From a virus (Duplodnaviria > Caudoviricetes): a stretch of 64,000 nucleotides of DNA. Where the stretch lies: the IMG/VR virus record IMGVR_UViG_3300014205_000170, positions 416,001 to 480,000 of that record; one strand, written 5' to 3'. Positions within the stretch are counted from its first letter, which is position 1. The number at the start of each line of letters is the position of its first letter. A program made the position numbers and the translations under genes. Under the pieces are notes generated by a model, which was not told where the DNA came from, did not search any database, and worked only from the letters and a program-made list of their open reading frames with translations. Of the stretch, positions 16,124 to 26,708 are shown in pieces.

Positions 16124-16528
16124 ATGCCTATTTCATTTTTTCCTCCAACACAAAACAATAATTCTCTTGCTGATAAATGGGCATCCTCTGGATTATTAGA
16201 TGGATTACATACTACTACTAATACTAATATTGCTTCTTTATTAGAAAGCCAAGCAAGTCAACTTTTATATTACGAAGAACCTGAAAATATATATACACGA
16301 ATAGTTATTTTTGAAAAGTATAAAAAATATAAAGTATATAGAAATTCTAATTCTAGTTTTGAAAGTGTAGGCATACCAATGGTTAGAAGAGTTTTTTCTC
16401 AAATGATTGCTCAAGACCTCGTATCCGTACAACCACTAGCAGCACCAACCGGTACTTTATTTTTTTTCGATGAAATCGAACGCGAAAACGTGTATAAGAA
16501 AAGGGTATTAATTGAAAAGGATATTTAA
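16124..16528 (+). CDS. major-capsid (gp23-like) N-terminal fragment protein with RxVIxEK inserts
   Basis: KWASSGLLDGL..LLESQA..PMVRRVF..DLVSVQPLAAPTGTLFFFD. Confidence 0.75.
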   Translation: MPISFFPPTQNNNSLADKWASSGLLDGLHTTTNTNIASLLESQASQLLYYEEPENIYTRIVIFEKYKKYKVYRNSNSSFESVGIPMVRRVFSQMIAQDLVSVQPLAAPTGTLFFFDEIERENVYKKRVLIEKDI

Positions 16529-16729
16529 ATGATAACACCACAAATAAATTTTGGTTTAGATTGGAAATATAATCTATGGGGACACCAAACTAATGTTTAT
16601 TCTAGAATTGTTATTGTAGAAAAGATTAAAAAGAATATCTTTATATCTCCTGGTGTTTACACTATAGAACTTGATGTAGATTATATTGATGCTACTATGT
16701 ATAATGTATTTATTGATTTTGAGCAATGA
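16529..16729 (+). CDS. small protein with tail-sheath N-terminal motif and RxVIxEK
   Basis: YSRIVIVEK followed by FISPGVYTIELD. Confidence 0.6.
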   Translation: MITPQINFGLDWKYNLWGHQTNVYSRIVIVEKIKKNIFISPGVYTIELDVDYIDATMYNVFIDFEQ

Positions 16730-16968
16730 TAAAATCTTTGGCTAAAAATATACTTCAATCTCAGTTGATAAATCTTCTTGGAAAAGAATTTGAAATCAGC
16801 AGTATTAGTGATATGTATATCACTAATCATGATGAACATACTAGATATGTGATTATGGAAAAGTATCCTGAAAAAGAAAATGGTAATTCAATCATCAATG
16901 TTAATGTTGAAATAAAAAGACCAGCAACTTATATAAAAACTTCTTTTCAAATAGAACAAATTGATTAA
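16726..16968 (+). CDS. small protein with RxVIxEK and sheath C-terminal-like strand
   Basis: TRYVIMEKY; INVNVEIKRPATYIKTSFQI. Confidence 0.55.
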   Translation: MIKSLAKNILQSQLINLLGKEFEISSISDMYITNHDEHTRYVIMEKYPEKENGNSIINVNVEIKRPATYIKTSFQIEQID

Positions 16969-17363
16969 TGCTACGACTAGGAAAGCCTATAACAATTGCA
17001 ACACAAATAGTTGAAACTACTGCCTCAATTATCTTTAAAAATGAAGAAATTATTATAACAAAAATTGATGAGAAATCATTTGGTCACTTTTTTAAAAAAC
17101 GTACAATTCAGAATGAACATGTGTGGTCGATATATTATTTAGAAGATTATGAGTATTTTAATTTATCAAGAACGCGAACAATATTAATTGAAAAATATCA
17201 AAAAAAAGGTCATTTATATTGGCATTATGACTTTTATGAACCGGTTCAACTCATAGGTAAAGGTTCTGAATTGGATGGATATGAAGAAATGTTTAGTGAA
17301 TTATTAGAAAGAAACAGCATTTTTACTCCGGAAACCACTTTAATTCTAAAAAGAACTTTATAA
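16968..17363 (+). CDS. hypothetical protein with TRTILIEKY motif
   Basis: translationally coupled to the upstream ORF. Confidence 0.6.
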   Translation: MLRLGKPITIATQIVETTASIIFKNEEIIITKIDEKSFGHFFKKRTIQNEHVWSIYYLEDYEYFNLSRTRTILIEKYQKKGHLYWHYDFYEPVQLIGKGSELDGYEEMFSELLERNSIFTPETTLILKRTL

Positions 17364-17429
17364 TACTCTGTAAATAAGGATTTTACGTATTTGTAACAAA
17401 TTAAAGATATTTACGTTAAAGTAATAAGG

Positions 17430-17861
17430 ATGAAATTTATTCACGTCATAACGAACCACACCCCTGAAGAAATGGACCAAATCGTTTCTCAGTTTGATAA
17501 GATTTCTTATGAGCTAATGGTTGATTTCTATAAGAGCTTTAGTTATGTGGAATATGTCACGGAAAGTGGCCATATGGCCATGTATGCCCTTATTAGAGAA
17601 CATTCTATAGAAAAGCTATTACAAGAATATATCAAATGGGAAGTTGATTTCTCATATGCAGACATTACAAAGCCGGTATTATTTAGTAAGCTTAAACCTC
17701 AGATAAACAACGAACAAGATAATCTTCAATTACAAGGTATTGTTGAAGGGTTTTTAGAAGATTTTGTAGATATTGATATGGTCCTTGACAAAATCAGCGA
17801 AGATAAAGGCATGCAAACCTTAACAGAACACGAAAAAAGGATTTTACACCCAACCTTATAA
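17430..17861 (+). CDS. hypothetical protein
   Basis: C-terminal IDMVLDKIS..GM..LTE.EK; ECF-like promoter upstream. Confidence 0.7.
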   Translation: MKFIHVITNHTPEEMDQIVSQFDKISYELMVDFYKSFSYVEYVTESGHMAMYALIREHSIEKLLQEYIKWEVDFSYADITKPVLFSKLKPQINNEQDNLQLQGIVEGFLEDFVDIDMVLDKISEDKGMQTLTEHEKRILHPTL

Positions 17862-17940
17862 AAGCAAAAAACCTACTTTTTTAGAGTAGGTTTTTTTGTG
17901 CTCATACTTATTGCGAATCAGTACAAACGTCGTAGGAATA

Positions 17941-18396
17941 TTATTCTCCAGCAGTTCCCATAGAGAAGGCACCTTGACCTCCCATTTTACTTGCTAGTCT
18001 ATCAAATGCTTTTGTTTGAGCATTCCAGTTTGCATTTTTACCATTACCGGCTAAAATTGCTAGACCACCATTTGCCATCATAAAATTGATTAATGCAGTC
18101 TTTAATGTATTTACATCAGTTCCTAATTGTTTTGCAGTATTAGCAATAGTTTTAGCATATGTTTGATTAAATGCTTGCTCTGCTTTTTGCTGATTCCACT
18201 TAGTACCCATGAATTGTCCTAATTTGTTACCAAGACCAAAAACTTCTTCAAGTTCATCAACTTCATACATCTCATTCAATTGAGATACAATTTGGTTTTT
18301 TCTATCTTCAAGTTCTTTAATCTTTTTGAATTTTTTTACTTCTTCATTAATAAGATTAGAAATTTGTGATTTTGTTATTTTAACGGTCTTGCTCAT
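17941..18396 (-). CDS. putative internal head protein
   Basis: KITKSQISNLINEE N-terminus, TATTTA motif upstream. Confidence 0.65.
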   Translation of the reverse strand: MSKTVKITKSQISNLINEEVKKFKKIKELEDRKNQIVSQLNEMYEVDELEEVFGLGNKLGQFMGTKWNQQKAEQAFNQTYAKTIANTAKQLGTDVNTLKTALINFMMANGGLAILAGNGKNANWNAQTKAFDRLASKMGGQGAFSMGTAGE

Positions 18397-18455
18397 TTTT
18401 ATATGTTTTTTAATAAATACACGGAAAATTCTTTTATTCCGAGATTAGGTTTAAA

Positions 18456-18602
18456 TTAATTTTCCTTTGAAAGATTTTCTAAATCAGATAAAATTTTAGC
18501 TTTTTTTCCCTCTAAACACAATTTCTTTTTAAATTTTTTAGCTTCTTTTGAGATAATTTTTTTCAAATCTTCTACAGATATTTTAGTTACTTTTTCTTCC
18601 AT
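18456..18602 (-). CDS. 48-aa paralog of the N-terminus of 17941..18396 (not in ORF track)
   Basis: MEEKVTKISVEDLKKIISKEAKKFKK. Confidence 0.55.
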   Translation of the reverse strand: MEEKVTKISVEDLKKIISKEAKKFKKKLCLEGKKAKILSDLENLSKEN

Positions 18603-18622
18603 TTGAATGTTTAATATAAATA

Positions 18623-19267
18623 ATGAGTAAAAAACTAATTTCTGTTCACATTTTTGAATTTTCAGCTATTTTTAAACTTCTAGATACATATTTATCTCTA
18701 ATGAAAGAAAATTCTCAAGAAAAACTTATACGTACTATTATAGTATCAAACAAAAAGGATGTATTTCGAATTCATGTTTTTGAAAAATCATTGAAATTTG
18801 ACCCTCGTTTTGCTTATGGCTTAAGTAAGAATGATACTATATATCAGATGGTGTTAGATATTGAAAAAATGTGGATAGAGAAGAAAATCGAACTATCCAA
18901 CATTTTTGATATGATGATTGATGTAGTAGGGAAACACGAGAGTTATTTAGAGCAATTTTATTTAAAACCTGAAGAGTTGAATTTTAATGGTCAATTGTCA
19001 CATTTAATTTCTTACTCATCAGTTGATGATAAAAAATACGTTTATTTCATGTGTCGAAAAAACAAACATAAATTGAAGAAAATTACTAGAGAAGAGTTTG
19101 AAAAAAACATGAAAAACGAAGAGGTGGCTAAGTCATATGTGAATAATTATTCGATGAAAAATGCTACTTTTTACAATTATAGAATGTCTGGCATTAGAGA
19201 TAATGGCAGAAATTGCTACCTTATGGTAGTTGGAGATAATTTAAAAGTCGGTTTTGTTAAGAACTAA
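18623..19267 (+). CDS. hypothetical protein
   Basis: 214-aa ORF. Confidence 0.65.
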   Translation: MSKKLISVHIFEFSAIFKLLDTYLSLMKENSQEKLIRTIIVSNKKDVFRIHVFEKSLKFDPRFAYGLSKNDTIYQMVLDIEKMWIEKKIELSNIFDMMIDVVGKHESYLEQFYLKPEELNFNGQLSHLISYSSVDDKKYVYFMCRKNKHKLKKITREEFEKNMKNEEVAKSYVNNYSMKNATFYNYRMSGIRDNGRNCYLMVVGDNLKVGFVKN

Positions 19268-19303
19268 AAATTCATTATATTTGAATGGTCAATATTTTGA
19301 ATA

Positions 19304-19786
19304 ATGAAACCATTTAAATTAATTCCTTCATTTTCCTTTTCTGAAAAAGATTTTAAAGAATCTATATCTAAAGAACATTGGGATGACATTCGACAAAAAG
19401 CACATCAAAACAGCTTTGATTGTTATGGATGTAATTACTCTTCTGATAACAAAGAATCTTTACAACTACATTTACATTGGTACGACGGTATTGATAAAGA
19501 CACTGCTGAATTTGTATTATTATGTAAGGCTTGTCATGCTGTTAAACACTTCGATATCGCCGTAGAAAATGGTTGGGTTGTATTGGTTAATTCTGTTTAT
19601 TCTCAAGAAGAATTAATTAAGAGAAATCGAAGCGCAAAAACTATAAAAAAAGATATAGAAGAGCATAAAATAATACTTCTAAAAAAGCATCCTTTAGACT
19701 ATTTAAATGAACTTAAAGAAAGCGAATTTAATAGAAGTGAAAAAATAAAGTTGCTTTTTGGAAATAAGTTTTCCTGGTCTAAATAA
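19304..19786 (+). CDS. HNH-fold Zn-binding protein
   Basis: CYGC..HLH..LCKACHAVKH. Confidence 0.7.
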   Translation: MKPFKLIPSFSFSEKDFKESISKEHWDDIRQKAHQNSFDCYGCNYSSDNKESLQLHLHWYDGIDKDTAEFVLLCKACHAVKHFDIAVENGWVVLVNSVYSQEELIKRNRSAKTIKKDIEEHKIILLKKHPLDYLNELKESEFNRSEKIKLLFGNKFSWSK

Positions 19787-19838
19787 TAAAACCTAAATTT
19801 CCCTTTTTCTATCCTATTTATTTCAAAAACATAGGATA

Positions 19839-20612
19839 ATGGCAACTATTAAAAAAATCACCCCAAAAGAATTCAGAGAAATGGTTCTTGCAGAAGCAAA
19901 AGCTATTAAGAAAAAATTATATGAAGAAGAAGCATATAAAACTCTTGAAGACCCAATTGAACAAGATATGAATCAAAACGATGGTTTAGAAGATTCAGAT
20001 AAAGCATTAGTATTTAAAAATGCTGATAAAACAGAAACCAAAAAAGGAAAAGCTAACAAAACGGCTCCAGCGGATGTTAAAATGAATGCAAATGCTAAAG
20101 ACGGTGGTAGTGATGAAAAAGCTGCTACTGCTGTTGAAGTAAAAGCAGGTGCTGAAAAAGGTGGAAAGGGCGTAACTGCCGGTCAAGCTAAAGCTAATTT
20201 TCAATCAAAAGAAGGTAATCCTAAAAAAGAAGTTTCTCAACCATTTGTTGAAAAAAGTGAAGAGAAAATGAATACTATGGATTCTCTTACTGATAAAGAA
20301 ACTAAAACTTATGTTGAAGCAGGTGCTGAAAAAGGTGGAAAAGGCGTAACAGCTGGACAACACAAAGCAGTTGTTAAAGAGAAAGCTCCAGAAACCAAAG
20401 ATAAAGAACCTATCACTAAAGGTATCCAAACTGACCAAGGAAACTCTAATAAAGAAGGCGAAACTAAAGATGCTCCTAAAGTAAACTTAAAAGAAAGTTA
20501 TACTAAGAAAGAATTAATTGAAACAATTAAGAGAGAAGCAGCTAAAATAGCTAAAAAAGCTATGTTACAAGAAGAATTAAAAAGAATCGACGACGAGCTC
20601 TCAAAACTCTAA
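19839..20612 (+). CDS. low-complexity putative head/scaffold protein with internal repeat
   Basis: AGAEKGGKGVTAGQ repeated twice. Confidence 0.7.
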   Translation: MATIKKITPKEFREMVLAEAKAIKKKLYEEEAYKTLEDPIEQDMNQNDGLEDSDKALVFKNADKTETKKGKANKTAPADVKMNANAKDGGSDEKAATAVEVKAGAEKGGKGVTAGQAKANFQSKEGNPKKEVSQPFVEKSEEKMNTMDSLTDKETKTYVEAGAEKGGKGVTAGQHKAVVKEKAPETKDKEPITKGIQTDQGNSNKEGETKDAPKVNLKESYTKKELIETIKREAAKIAKKAMLQEELKRIDDELSKL

Positions 20613-20693
20613 TTTTCATTCTTAATTTTAAGAAATCCGGCAAATTATAAAATTTGTCGGATTTTTTGCTTTTAAAAAAGTTAAAATATATAT

Positions 20694-22778
20694 TTGAATT
20701 ATCAATTAAACAAAATGAAGCAATTAATAACCAAAGAAGAAATTTCTAAAAATTTTACCTTTCATTACGATGATGAAAAAAACGGATGTGATTTGTTTTT
20801 TTGCAGATGCGGCTCTGTTATAACAACAGATAGAAAAACAACTGCAACTGAAATGAAAATCAGCGTAAGAAATGGACAAGACATTTCAGATATCACAAAT
20901 CTTTTTGACGAAAATGCGTTAACGCGTATTGCTGTATCTTGCAAAGATTGTAAAACAGATTATTCATTAAAAGAAAATTATGGTTTAATTCAAGAGACAA
21001 ATAAACAATTTTTTGAATCTTATTTCTTTGAAGAAACGGATACTTACATTAAAATAATCAAGCAAAGATTTTTAGGAGCGGTTTCTTTTAAAGAAAAGCG
21101 TTCAATGTTAGTTGTGTCTTCTGAAGGTGAACCTTTTTTAGAAGTTCAAGAGGCTATATCTTATATTAAATTCAATAAAGCAGATAAAAAATTATTCTTT
21201 AAGGATTTCACAACAGAAGAACAGGAGTTTAATTTAGATAAGGTTATGTCTAATTCAAAAAAGTTTTTCTTAAATGGAGAATCTAAAATAACAGATAGAT
21301 TATTTGAAGTACACCTATTTTTAAATAGAATCGCAAATTTCGTTTCTGATTCACGTAATATTAATATTATCGATGAATTAATGAGTCAAATGGTAGGTAA
21401 ATCTGGACTTGATATTATTACTAAAGTAGCATCAATATTTTTGGGTATTATATGCTATTCTAATCTATCAACTATTGCCCTTACGAAGGGTACTGTCTTT
21501 TTGTTTGATATGATGAATGATTGTACTTTACCTAATCCACAAGAATTATCTGATAATGAAGCAACTTCTCCGATAAAAATATTTAATTATTTAGTTAACT
21601 ATAAAAATGAAGAAATTAGTAAAGAATTAGATTCTTATGACCAACAAAAAACAGGTTATGCATTTATAACTAAAAGTGGTAAAGAAATTAATTTAAACTA
21701 TAAAGCATCCAGATTTGATAAAGAAAAACAAACTTCAAGCAATAAAACTGGAGACATATTTTTAAGAGAAGACATTACAAAGAAAAGTGTTTCTCCTTAT
21801 ATATTCAATAGTATACAAAATTTTGCTGATTATAAAACAATAATAAAATATACCAAATTCGTATCTTATGATAATGTTATTGATATTGTAAAAAAACACA
21901 ATATTAATTTATTAATTTATTTGTTTTCAAGTATTGAGTTTAGAGCTGACATGAATTATAAGAAATTAAATCAAATCATTCATTTGGCAACTAGTTATTT
22001 AGAGAGAAGAAGAAAAATACAAACTCACAAACATGTTTCTGATTTAAAATTTACTAGAGACAAATTTGCAATAAAAGAAATAGAAAGCTCAGAAGTACAA
22101 TCGGAAATAGAAATTCCTTTAGATTATTATTCATTAGTTAATTTTGATTTCACTTCATACGATGATAGTTTACGAATGATTCGTTCTTTAACTTGGGACC
22201 CAGATAAAGAATTTTATAAAATTAAAAAAATAGATGAACTAGAGTTATATCACAATAAACTTACAGAGCATTTTAACTTATTATCAAATGATAACAAAAA
22301 TAAAGATTTTGTTTCTTTCGTTAAAAAATATACTATACTTGAAGAATACGAAGGTAAGTTAGCGGTAAAATTAATTAAGACTCCTGAACTACTTTTAAAA
22401 TATGCTAATGACATGAAAAATTGTGCTGGTTCTTATGTAAACCGTGTTTCAAATGGACAATATGTATTGTGTATGGTAAGTGATATTGATGAAGAAAGAA
22501 CTAAAATAGACCCTGAACTTTATATGTTGGGATTAACAGCTAACAAATATGGTGAGTTAGAATTTGACCAAATAAAAGCAGCTTGTAATGTACAAGGTTC
22601 AGATAGGTTTAAAAAGAATGTAATGGATTTCTTACAAGAAAAAGAAATACCTTATAGAGAACTTGCTGATTTACGATTATCTACCAGTCGTGGCACTTCA
22701 GCAGAATTTATTAATAATCTTGCAAACGATGATTTAATTAACTTGTTACGAAACAATCCAAGACTTAATCAAATTTAA
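20694..22778 (+). CDS. PcfJ-like domain protein
   Basis: C-terminal MKNCAGSY..QIKAACN; N-terminal Cys motifs. Confidence 0.7.
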   Translation: MNYQLNKMKQLITKEEISKNFTFHYDDEKNGCDLFFCRCGSVITTDRKTTATEMKISVRNGQDISDITNLFDENALTRIAVSCKDCKTDYSLKENYGLIQETNKQFFESYFFEETDTYIKIIKQRFLGAVSFKEKRSMLVVSSEGEPFLEVQEAISYIKFNKADKKLFFKDFTTEEQEFNLDKVMSNSKKFFLNGESKITDRLFEVHLFLNRIANFVSDSRNINIIDELMSQMVGKSGLDIITKVASIFLGIICYSNLSTIALTKGTVFLFDMMNDCTLPNPQELSDNEATSPIKIFNYLVNYKNEEISKELDSYDQQKTGYAFITKSGKEINLNYKASRFDKEKQTSSNKTGDIFLREDITKKSVSPYIFNSIQNFADYKTIIKYTKFVSYDNVIDIVKKHNINLLIYLFSSIEFRADMNYKKLNQIIHLATSYLERRRKIQTHKHVSDLKFTRDKFAIKEIESSEVQSEIEIPLDYYSLVNFDFTSYDDSLRMIRSLTWDPDKEFYKIKKIDELELYHNKLTEHFNLLSNDNKNKDFVSFVKKYTILEEYEGKLAVKLIKTPELLLKYANDMKNCAGSYVNRVSNGQYVLCMVSDIDEERTKIDPELYMLGLTANKYGELEFDQIKAACNVQGSDRFKKNVMDFLQEKEIPYRELADLRLSTSRGTSAEFINNLANDDLINLLRNNPRLNQI

Positions 22779-23698
22779 GGAGCAAACGGATTGTCGTTTG
22801 TAGTATTTTCGATGTATTGATTTGGCACAAGAACCATGTTGATGGGTTGGTCTGCAAATTCTTCTCCAGCAAAATTAGCTACATTCCCATTAAAAATTAA
22901 ATCATTTAAGGGCGCAAATCTCTCTTGTATTGCTTGTATATATTTATTTGGCAACGTAATGTCTGCTTTTTTCCATTTTATTTCACCTTCCTTAATTTGG
23001 TGTAAAAACTTATAATTATAAGTACCATCCCACTCAAAGGTCGTTTGTTTAATATTTTGTAAATCGTACTTAAAGTGTTCTTTTTCTCCAATAAAATCAT
23101 GAATTGCATTCATAACAAATTGTGTGTTATTGGTCAAATCAAAATATTTTACAAATAATATTCTTGAAAGATTTCTATTTTCGATTGCATCTTTAAGTGC
23201 CACTAATGGAAATCCTACTATTCCATCTTCGTTTGTATAAACACCAATTCTACGGTCAAGTGTTGCGAAAGCTCCTGGGATTGATTGTTCATCAGCATTT
23301 TCCAATAAAAGTGTTTTTTGATACTGAGCTTCAATGGAGCCAATAATTTCTACTGGGTCTCTATAACACCAAATTATTTTAGATTCTTGGTTTGATAATA
23401 CATTATCTAATAATGGTAAATTATTTACCCATGCTCTACTTTTATCAAAAACAATTTTTTTATCATTAAAATATCCATCTAAAAATCCTTTAAGTCCACT
23501 CCTGAAATTTTCATAAGTTTCTATTCTGTCTTGAGCTTTAAAGGTTGGGTTATGAGAAAAAGTGCTCCTCATATTTTTAAGCATATCAATTATTCCAGAA
23601 GTTGGAGTAACGTGAAAATTAGGATTAGAATTTAAGATTTGACACAACAAAGTACTGCCAGCTCTTGGCAAACCACTTACTATATTGAATTTTTCCAT
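22775..23698 (-). CDS. sulfotransferase family protein
   Basis: SGLPRAGSTLL 5'-PSB motif, DKSR, RDP. Confidence 0.85.
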   Translation of the reverse strand: MEKFNIVSGLPRAGSTLLCQILNSNPNFHVTPTSGIIDMLKNMRSTFSHNPTFKAQDRIETYENFRSGLKGFLDGYFNDKKIVFDKSRAWVNNLPLLDNVLSNQESKIIWCYRDPVEIIGSIEAQYQKTLLLENADEQSIPGAFATLDRRIGVYTNEDGIVGFPLVALKDAIENRNLSRILFVKYFDLTNNTQFVMNAIHDFIGEKEHFKYDLQNIKQTTFEWDGTYNYKFLHQIKEGEIKWKKADITLPNKYIQAIQERFAPLNDLIFNGNVANFAGEEFADQPINMVLVPNQYIENTTNDNPFAP

Positions 23699-23757
23699 GA
23701 TATTATTTTATACAAACATAAGGTTTAGTATAAAAAAATAAAGTTTAAAACTGTTTT

Positions 23758-25083
23758 TTAAGACAATTCAACCGATTTTGTACTACCGCCTATTCTGAAT
23801 TTTAATAATGCGTTTCCAGTAGAACCAGAAACTGCCCATAAATCTCCATCATTAAGAGTGCTTGGGTCTGCTGTTAAAATTGGAATGTTAATTGGGGCAA
23901 CTGTTGTGGCTGTTACAACTAAAGTGCTCGTTGTAGTAGCTCCAGTTACGTAAAGATTATTAAATATGGTAACTCCCGTATTTGGGTCTTGAAACAAACT
24001 AGAATTTATCAATGATGCAGAACCATTCCAAAGGGGGATAAAGTTTGAAGTTCCTACTCCTTGTATTGCGGTTGAGAATATTGATTGAAATACCAAAGAT
24101 AAATCAGTGCTTCCAGAATAAATTGTTTTACCACTAAGTGTGTTAGCGCTAAATCCATTTGCAAGTCCTGTACCTGATAGTGTTAAACCATTAAAAGAAG
24201 GGGAAGCAACAGTATTGATTATTGGGTTTGCAGCTGTACCACCGGTTAGAATGTTCGAGCCTTGACCTACTACCTGAATTGTGGTATTTGCTTGTTGAAA
24301 TATGGAATATAAGTTCGTGTTGCCACTTAATATAGTTCCGCCGCTTAAAGTTGTTGCGCTTAATCCTGGTGCTAAAACTGTACCTGTAAATGTCGCTCCA
24401 CTTAAATTAGCTTTAGTAGAAATTTGCCCATTTATTATATCCAAATATGTTTGTAGATTGGTACTACCAGTATAGATAGTTCCGCCACTTAAAGTATTTG
24501 CCGAAAAACCATTAGCAAGACCAGTACCAGAAATGGATATACCATTAATAGATGGTGTCGCAACTAAACTTACAATTGGATTTGTAGCTGTTCCTCCAGT
24601 GTTAATGTTGGAGCCTGGAGCTACGATTGTTTGAGTTCCAGAACCTATTTGTTGAAATATATTATATAGATTTGTCGCTCCACTAAATATTGTTCCTCCA
24701 CTTAAAGTTGTTGCGCTTAATCCTGGTGCTAAAACTGTACCTGTAAATGTCGCTCCACTTAAATTAGCTTTGGTAATAAGCTGTGAATTAAACGTATTAA
24801 ATAAGGTTTGTAAATTTGTACTTCCAGAAAATAATGTGCCTCCGGAAATTGTATTTGCTGAAATAGAATTGAGAGAAATATTATTGCTTAGCGACATTCC
24901 AAAGTGGTATATAGCTGGACTTGTAAACCCTGATGACATTGTTATGTTTGTCCCAGCGGACACAATAGTTGCACCGGTTGTAACTGCTGTGATACCTCCA
25001 CCAATTAAACTAAAGTTGTAATTGATTTTATCTCTACCACCATTTGGTGTATCAAAGGTCTCTATTGTTTGGAAAACACTCAC
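23758..25083 (-). CDS. repeat-containing virion fibre-like protein
   Basis: repeated SATTLSGGTIFSGxTNL and KANLSGATFTG units. Confidence 0.7.
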   Translation of the reverse strand: MSVFQTIETFDTPNGGRDKINYNFSLIGGGITAVTTGATIVSAGTNITMSSGFTSPAIYHFGMSLSNNISLNSISANTISGGTLFSGSTNLQTLFNTFNSQLITKANLSGATFTGTVLAPGLSATTLSGGTIFSGATNLYNIFQQIGSGTQTIVAPGSNINTGGTATNPIVSLVATPSINGISISGTGLANGFSANTLSGGTIYTGSTNLQTYLDIINGQISTKANLSGATFTGTVLAPGLSATTLSGGTILSGNTNLYSIFQQANTTIQVVGQGSNILTGGTAANPIINTVASPSFNGLTLSGTGLANGFSANTLSGKTIYSGSTDLSLVFQSIFSTAIQGVGTSNFIPLWNGSASLINSSLFQDPNTGVTIFNNLYVTGATTTSTLVVTATTVAPINIPILTADPSTLNDGDLWAVSGSTGNALLKFRIGGSTKSVELS

Positions 25084-25193
25084 TTGTTTCTATTTAGGAA
25101 TAAATAGTTCAGAAAAACTATTGGGTAGGAAAATTAATTAAGCATTTCCTTTGTGGTTAAAACCTCATTTTTTTGTATTAAACACTAGAAACA

Positions 25194-25676
25194 TTGGCCT
25201 CAAAAAGTAAATATATTTTTAAATACAATAAGGATAATAGCCTGTATAATTATGTTGAACTTAATAAAGTTGACAAAGTAATTTCTTATTTTAAAATTGA
25301 GGATAAAACTTTGGTTAGATACGATAGAAGTACAGACACAAAACAATTGATAAAATTCAAAAAACCGGTAAGATTAGAACAAAAATTTATGGCCAACGAG
25401 AGTTTTATTACGGTGTTTGATGTTCAATCAAACCAATCTGTCCAACATAACATGCCTGAATATGAAAGAAGGATAACTTTGGTTAAAAACAATGTATCAT
25501 TATCAGATTTTGGGAAATATGTTATCGAGAGATGGAAACAAATAACCAATAAAGAGTTGATTAAAGAGAAAGATGGATTGACATTTAAAACTATTGATGA
25601 CTCTATTACTAGTAATTTAGGAAAAGCCACGGATTTTTTTAAACACCAAAGATTCAGCCTAAAAGCGAAAACATAA
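25194..25676 (+). CDS. hypothetical protein
   Basis: 160-aa ORF. Confidence 0.6.
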   Translation: MASKSKYIFKYNKDNSLYNYVELNKVDKVISYFKIEDKTLVRYDRSTDTKQLIKFKKPVRLEQKFMANESFITVFDVQSNQSVQHNMPEYERRITLVKNNVSLSDFGKYVIERWKQITNKELIKEKDGLTFKTIDDSITSNLGKATDFFKHQRFSLKAKT

Positions 25677-25736
25677 TAGGTAAAATACCTTTTTTAAGCT
25701 AAAATTTAACTTATTTGGACCTATTTAATCTTAAAT

Positions 25737-26219
25737 GTGTCTATAATGAAAAAACGCAGCGTAAAAAGTTGGTTATTTGAAAATATTATCAATGAATCTG
25801 AGCAACCTTTTTATAGGTTAGCTCCAACAGATGTGAAATCAATAGCTAATGCTACACTAAATTCAAATAAAAAAGTTTTCTCATTGTCATTTACAACAAA
25901 TGATGGTAGAGATATGAAATTAAAGGTGAAAGATAAATTGTTTTATGATTGGTCAAAAAAGCAACCAGATAACAATGATAGTGATACTATAAAAGAATTT
26001 TTGTTTTGGTTTTTGAATAATTCGAAACCAAGGGAAGATAAAATGATTGCTGAAATTGTAGATGAATATAACAACTTAATTGGCGACGAAGATTTACCTA
26101 AAGATGTAGATAATAGAATGATAGGTCTTTCCTCGGTTGATTCTGATATTGCATCTTATCAAACTAGAACAAAATCGAAAAATTATAATTCTTGGGGACT
26201 TGGATTTATAACTTGGTAA
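25737..26219 (+). CDS. hypothetical protein
   Basis: 160-aa ORF, TATTTA motif upstream. Confidence 0.65.
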   Translation: MSIMKKRSVKSWLFENIINESEQPFYRLAPTDVKSIANATLNSNKKVFSLSFTTNDGRDMKLKVKDKLFYDWSKKQPDNNDSDTIKEFLFWFLNNSKPREDKMIAEIVDEYNNLIGDEDLPKDVDNRMIGLSSVDSDIASYQTRTKSKNYNSWGLGFITW

Positions 26220-26234
26220 TTTAAAAAAAAAGAC

Positions 26235-26693
26235 ATGAAAAAAAACAATAATCAAAGAGATAGAATGAAACAACTTGTTCAATCTTTTGAAGAAAAAAAT
26301 GAAATTATAAAAGAAACTGAAACCAAGAAAGTAGATGAAGAAGCTCTTTTAAAAGAATCAGGACGTTTAAAAGAAATTGCTAGAATTGATGAATGGATTA
26401 CTAATCCAAAATTAAATCCAACAGCTCAATTTACCGGTGGTCATGGAGTAACTGTTAACACATTTATTCCTAACACTGCTGAACAAAATGTAAAATTATA
26501 TAATCCCAATTATACATATTTACAAGCAAGTGAGGCTTTAGAGTTGTCGATAAAAAGAGCCATCGAATCAGGGTCTCCTATTAATGACCTTGGATTTTAC
26601 GAAGAAGTAAATTGGAATTTGAATAACATGGGTTTTAATTCAAGAATGCCTTTAGATATTAAAACAGCTATGAAAAAGATGTTGTCTGCCTAA
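26235..26693 (+). CDS. putative internal head protein
   Basis: RMKQLV and RLKEIA motifs. Confidence 0.6.
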   Translation: MKKNNNQRDRMKQLVQSFEEKNEIIKETETKKVDEEALLKESGRLKEIARIDEWITNPKLNPTAQFTGGHGVTVNTFIPNTAEQNVKLYNPNYTYLQASEALELSIKRAIESGSPINDLGFYEEVNWNLNNMGFNSRMPLDIKTAMKKMLSA

Positions 26694-26708
26694 ATATCTT
26701 AAACTATT

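Noticed and set aside
16124-16528. Calling 16124, 53916 or 56490 the real major capsid or terminase genes
   Set aside because: They are far too short, interrupted by foreign motif inserts, and the terminase-like Walker motifs are degenerate.
23758-25083. Direct DNA repeats as a CRISPR array or DGR template (also 60021-62366 and 20144-20356)
   Set aside because: They are in-frame protein repeats, with no regular repeat-spacer pattern and no reverse transcriptase in the window.
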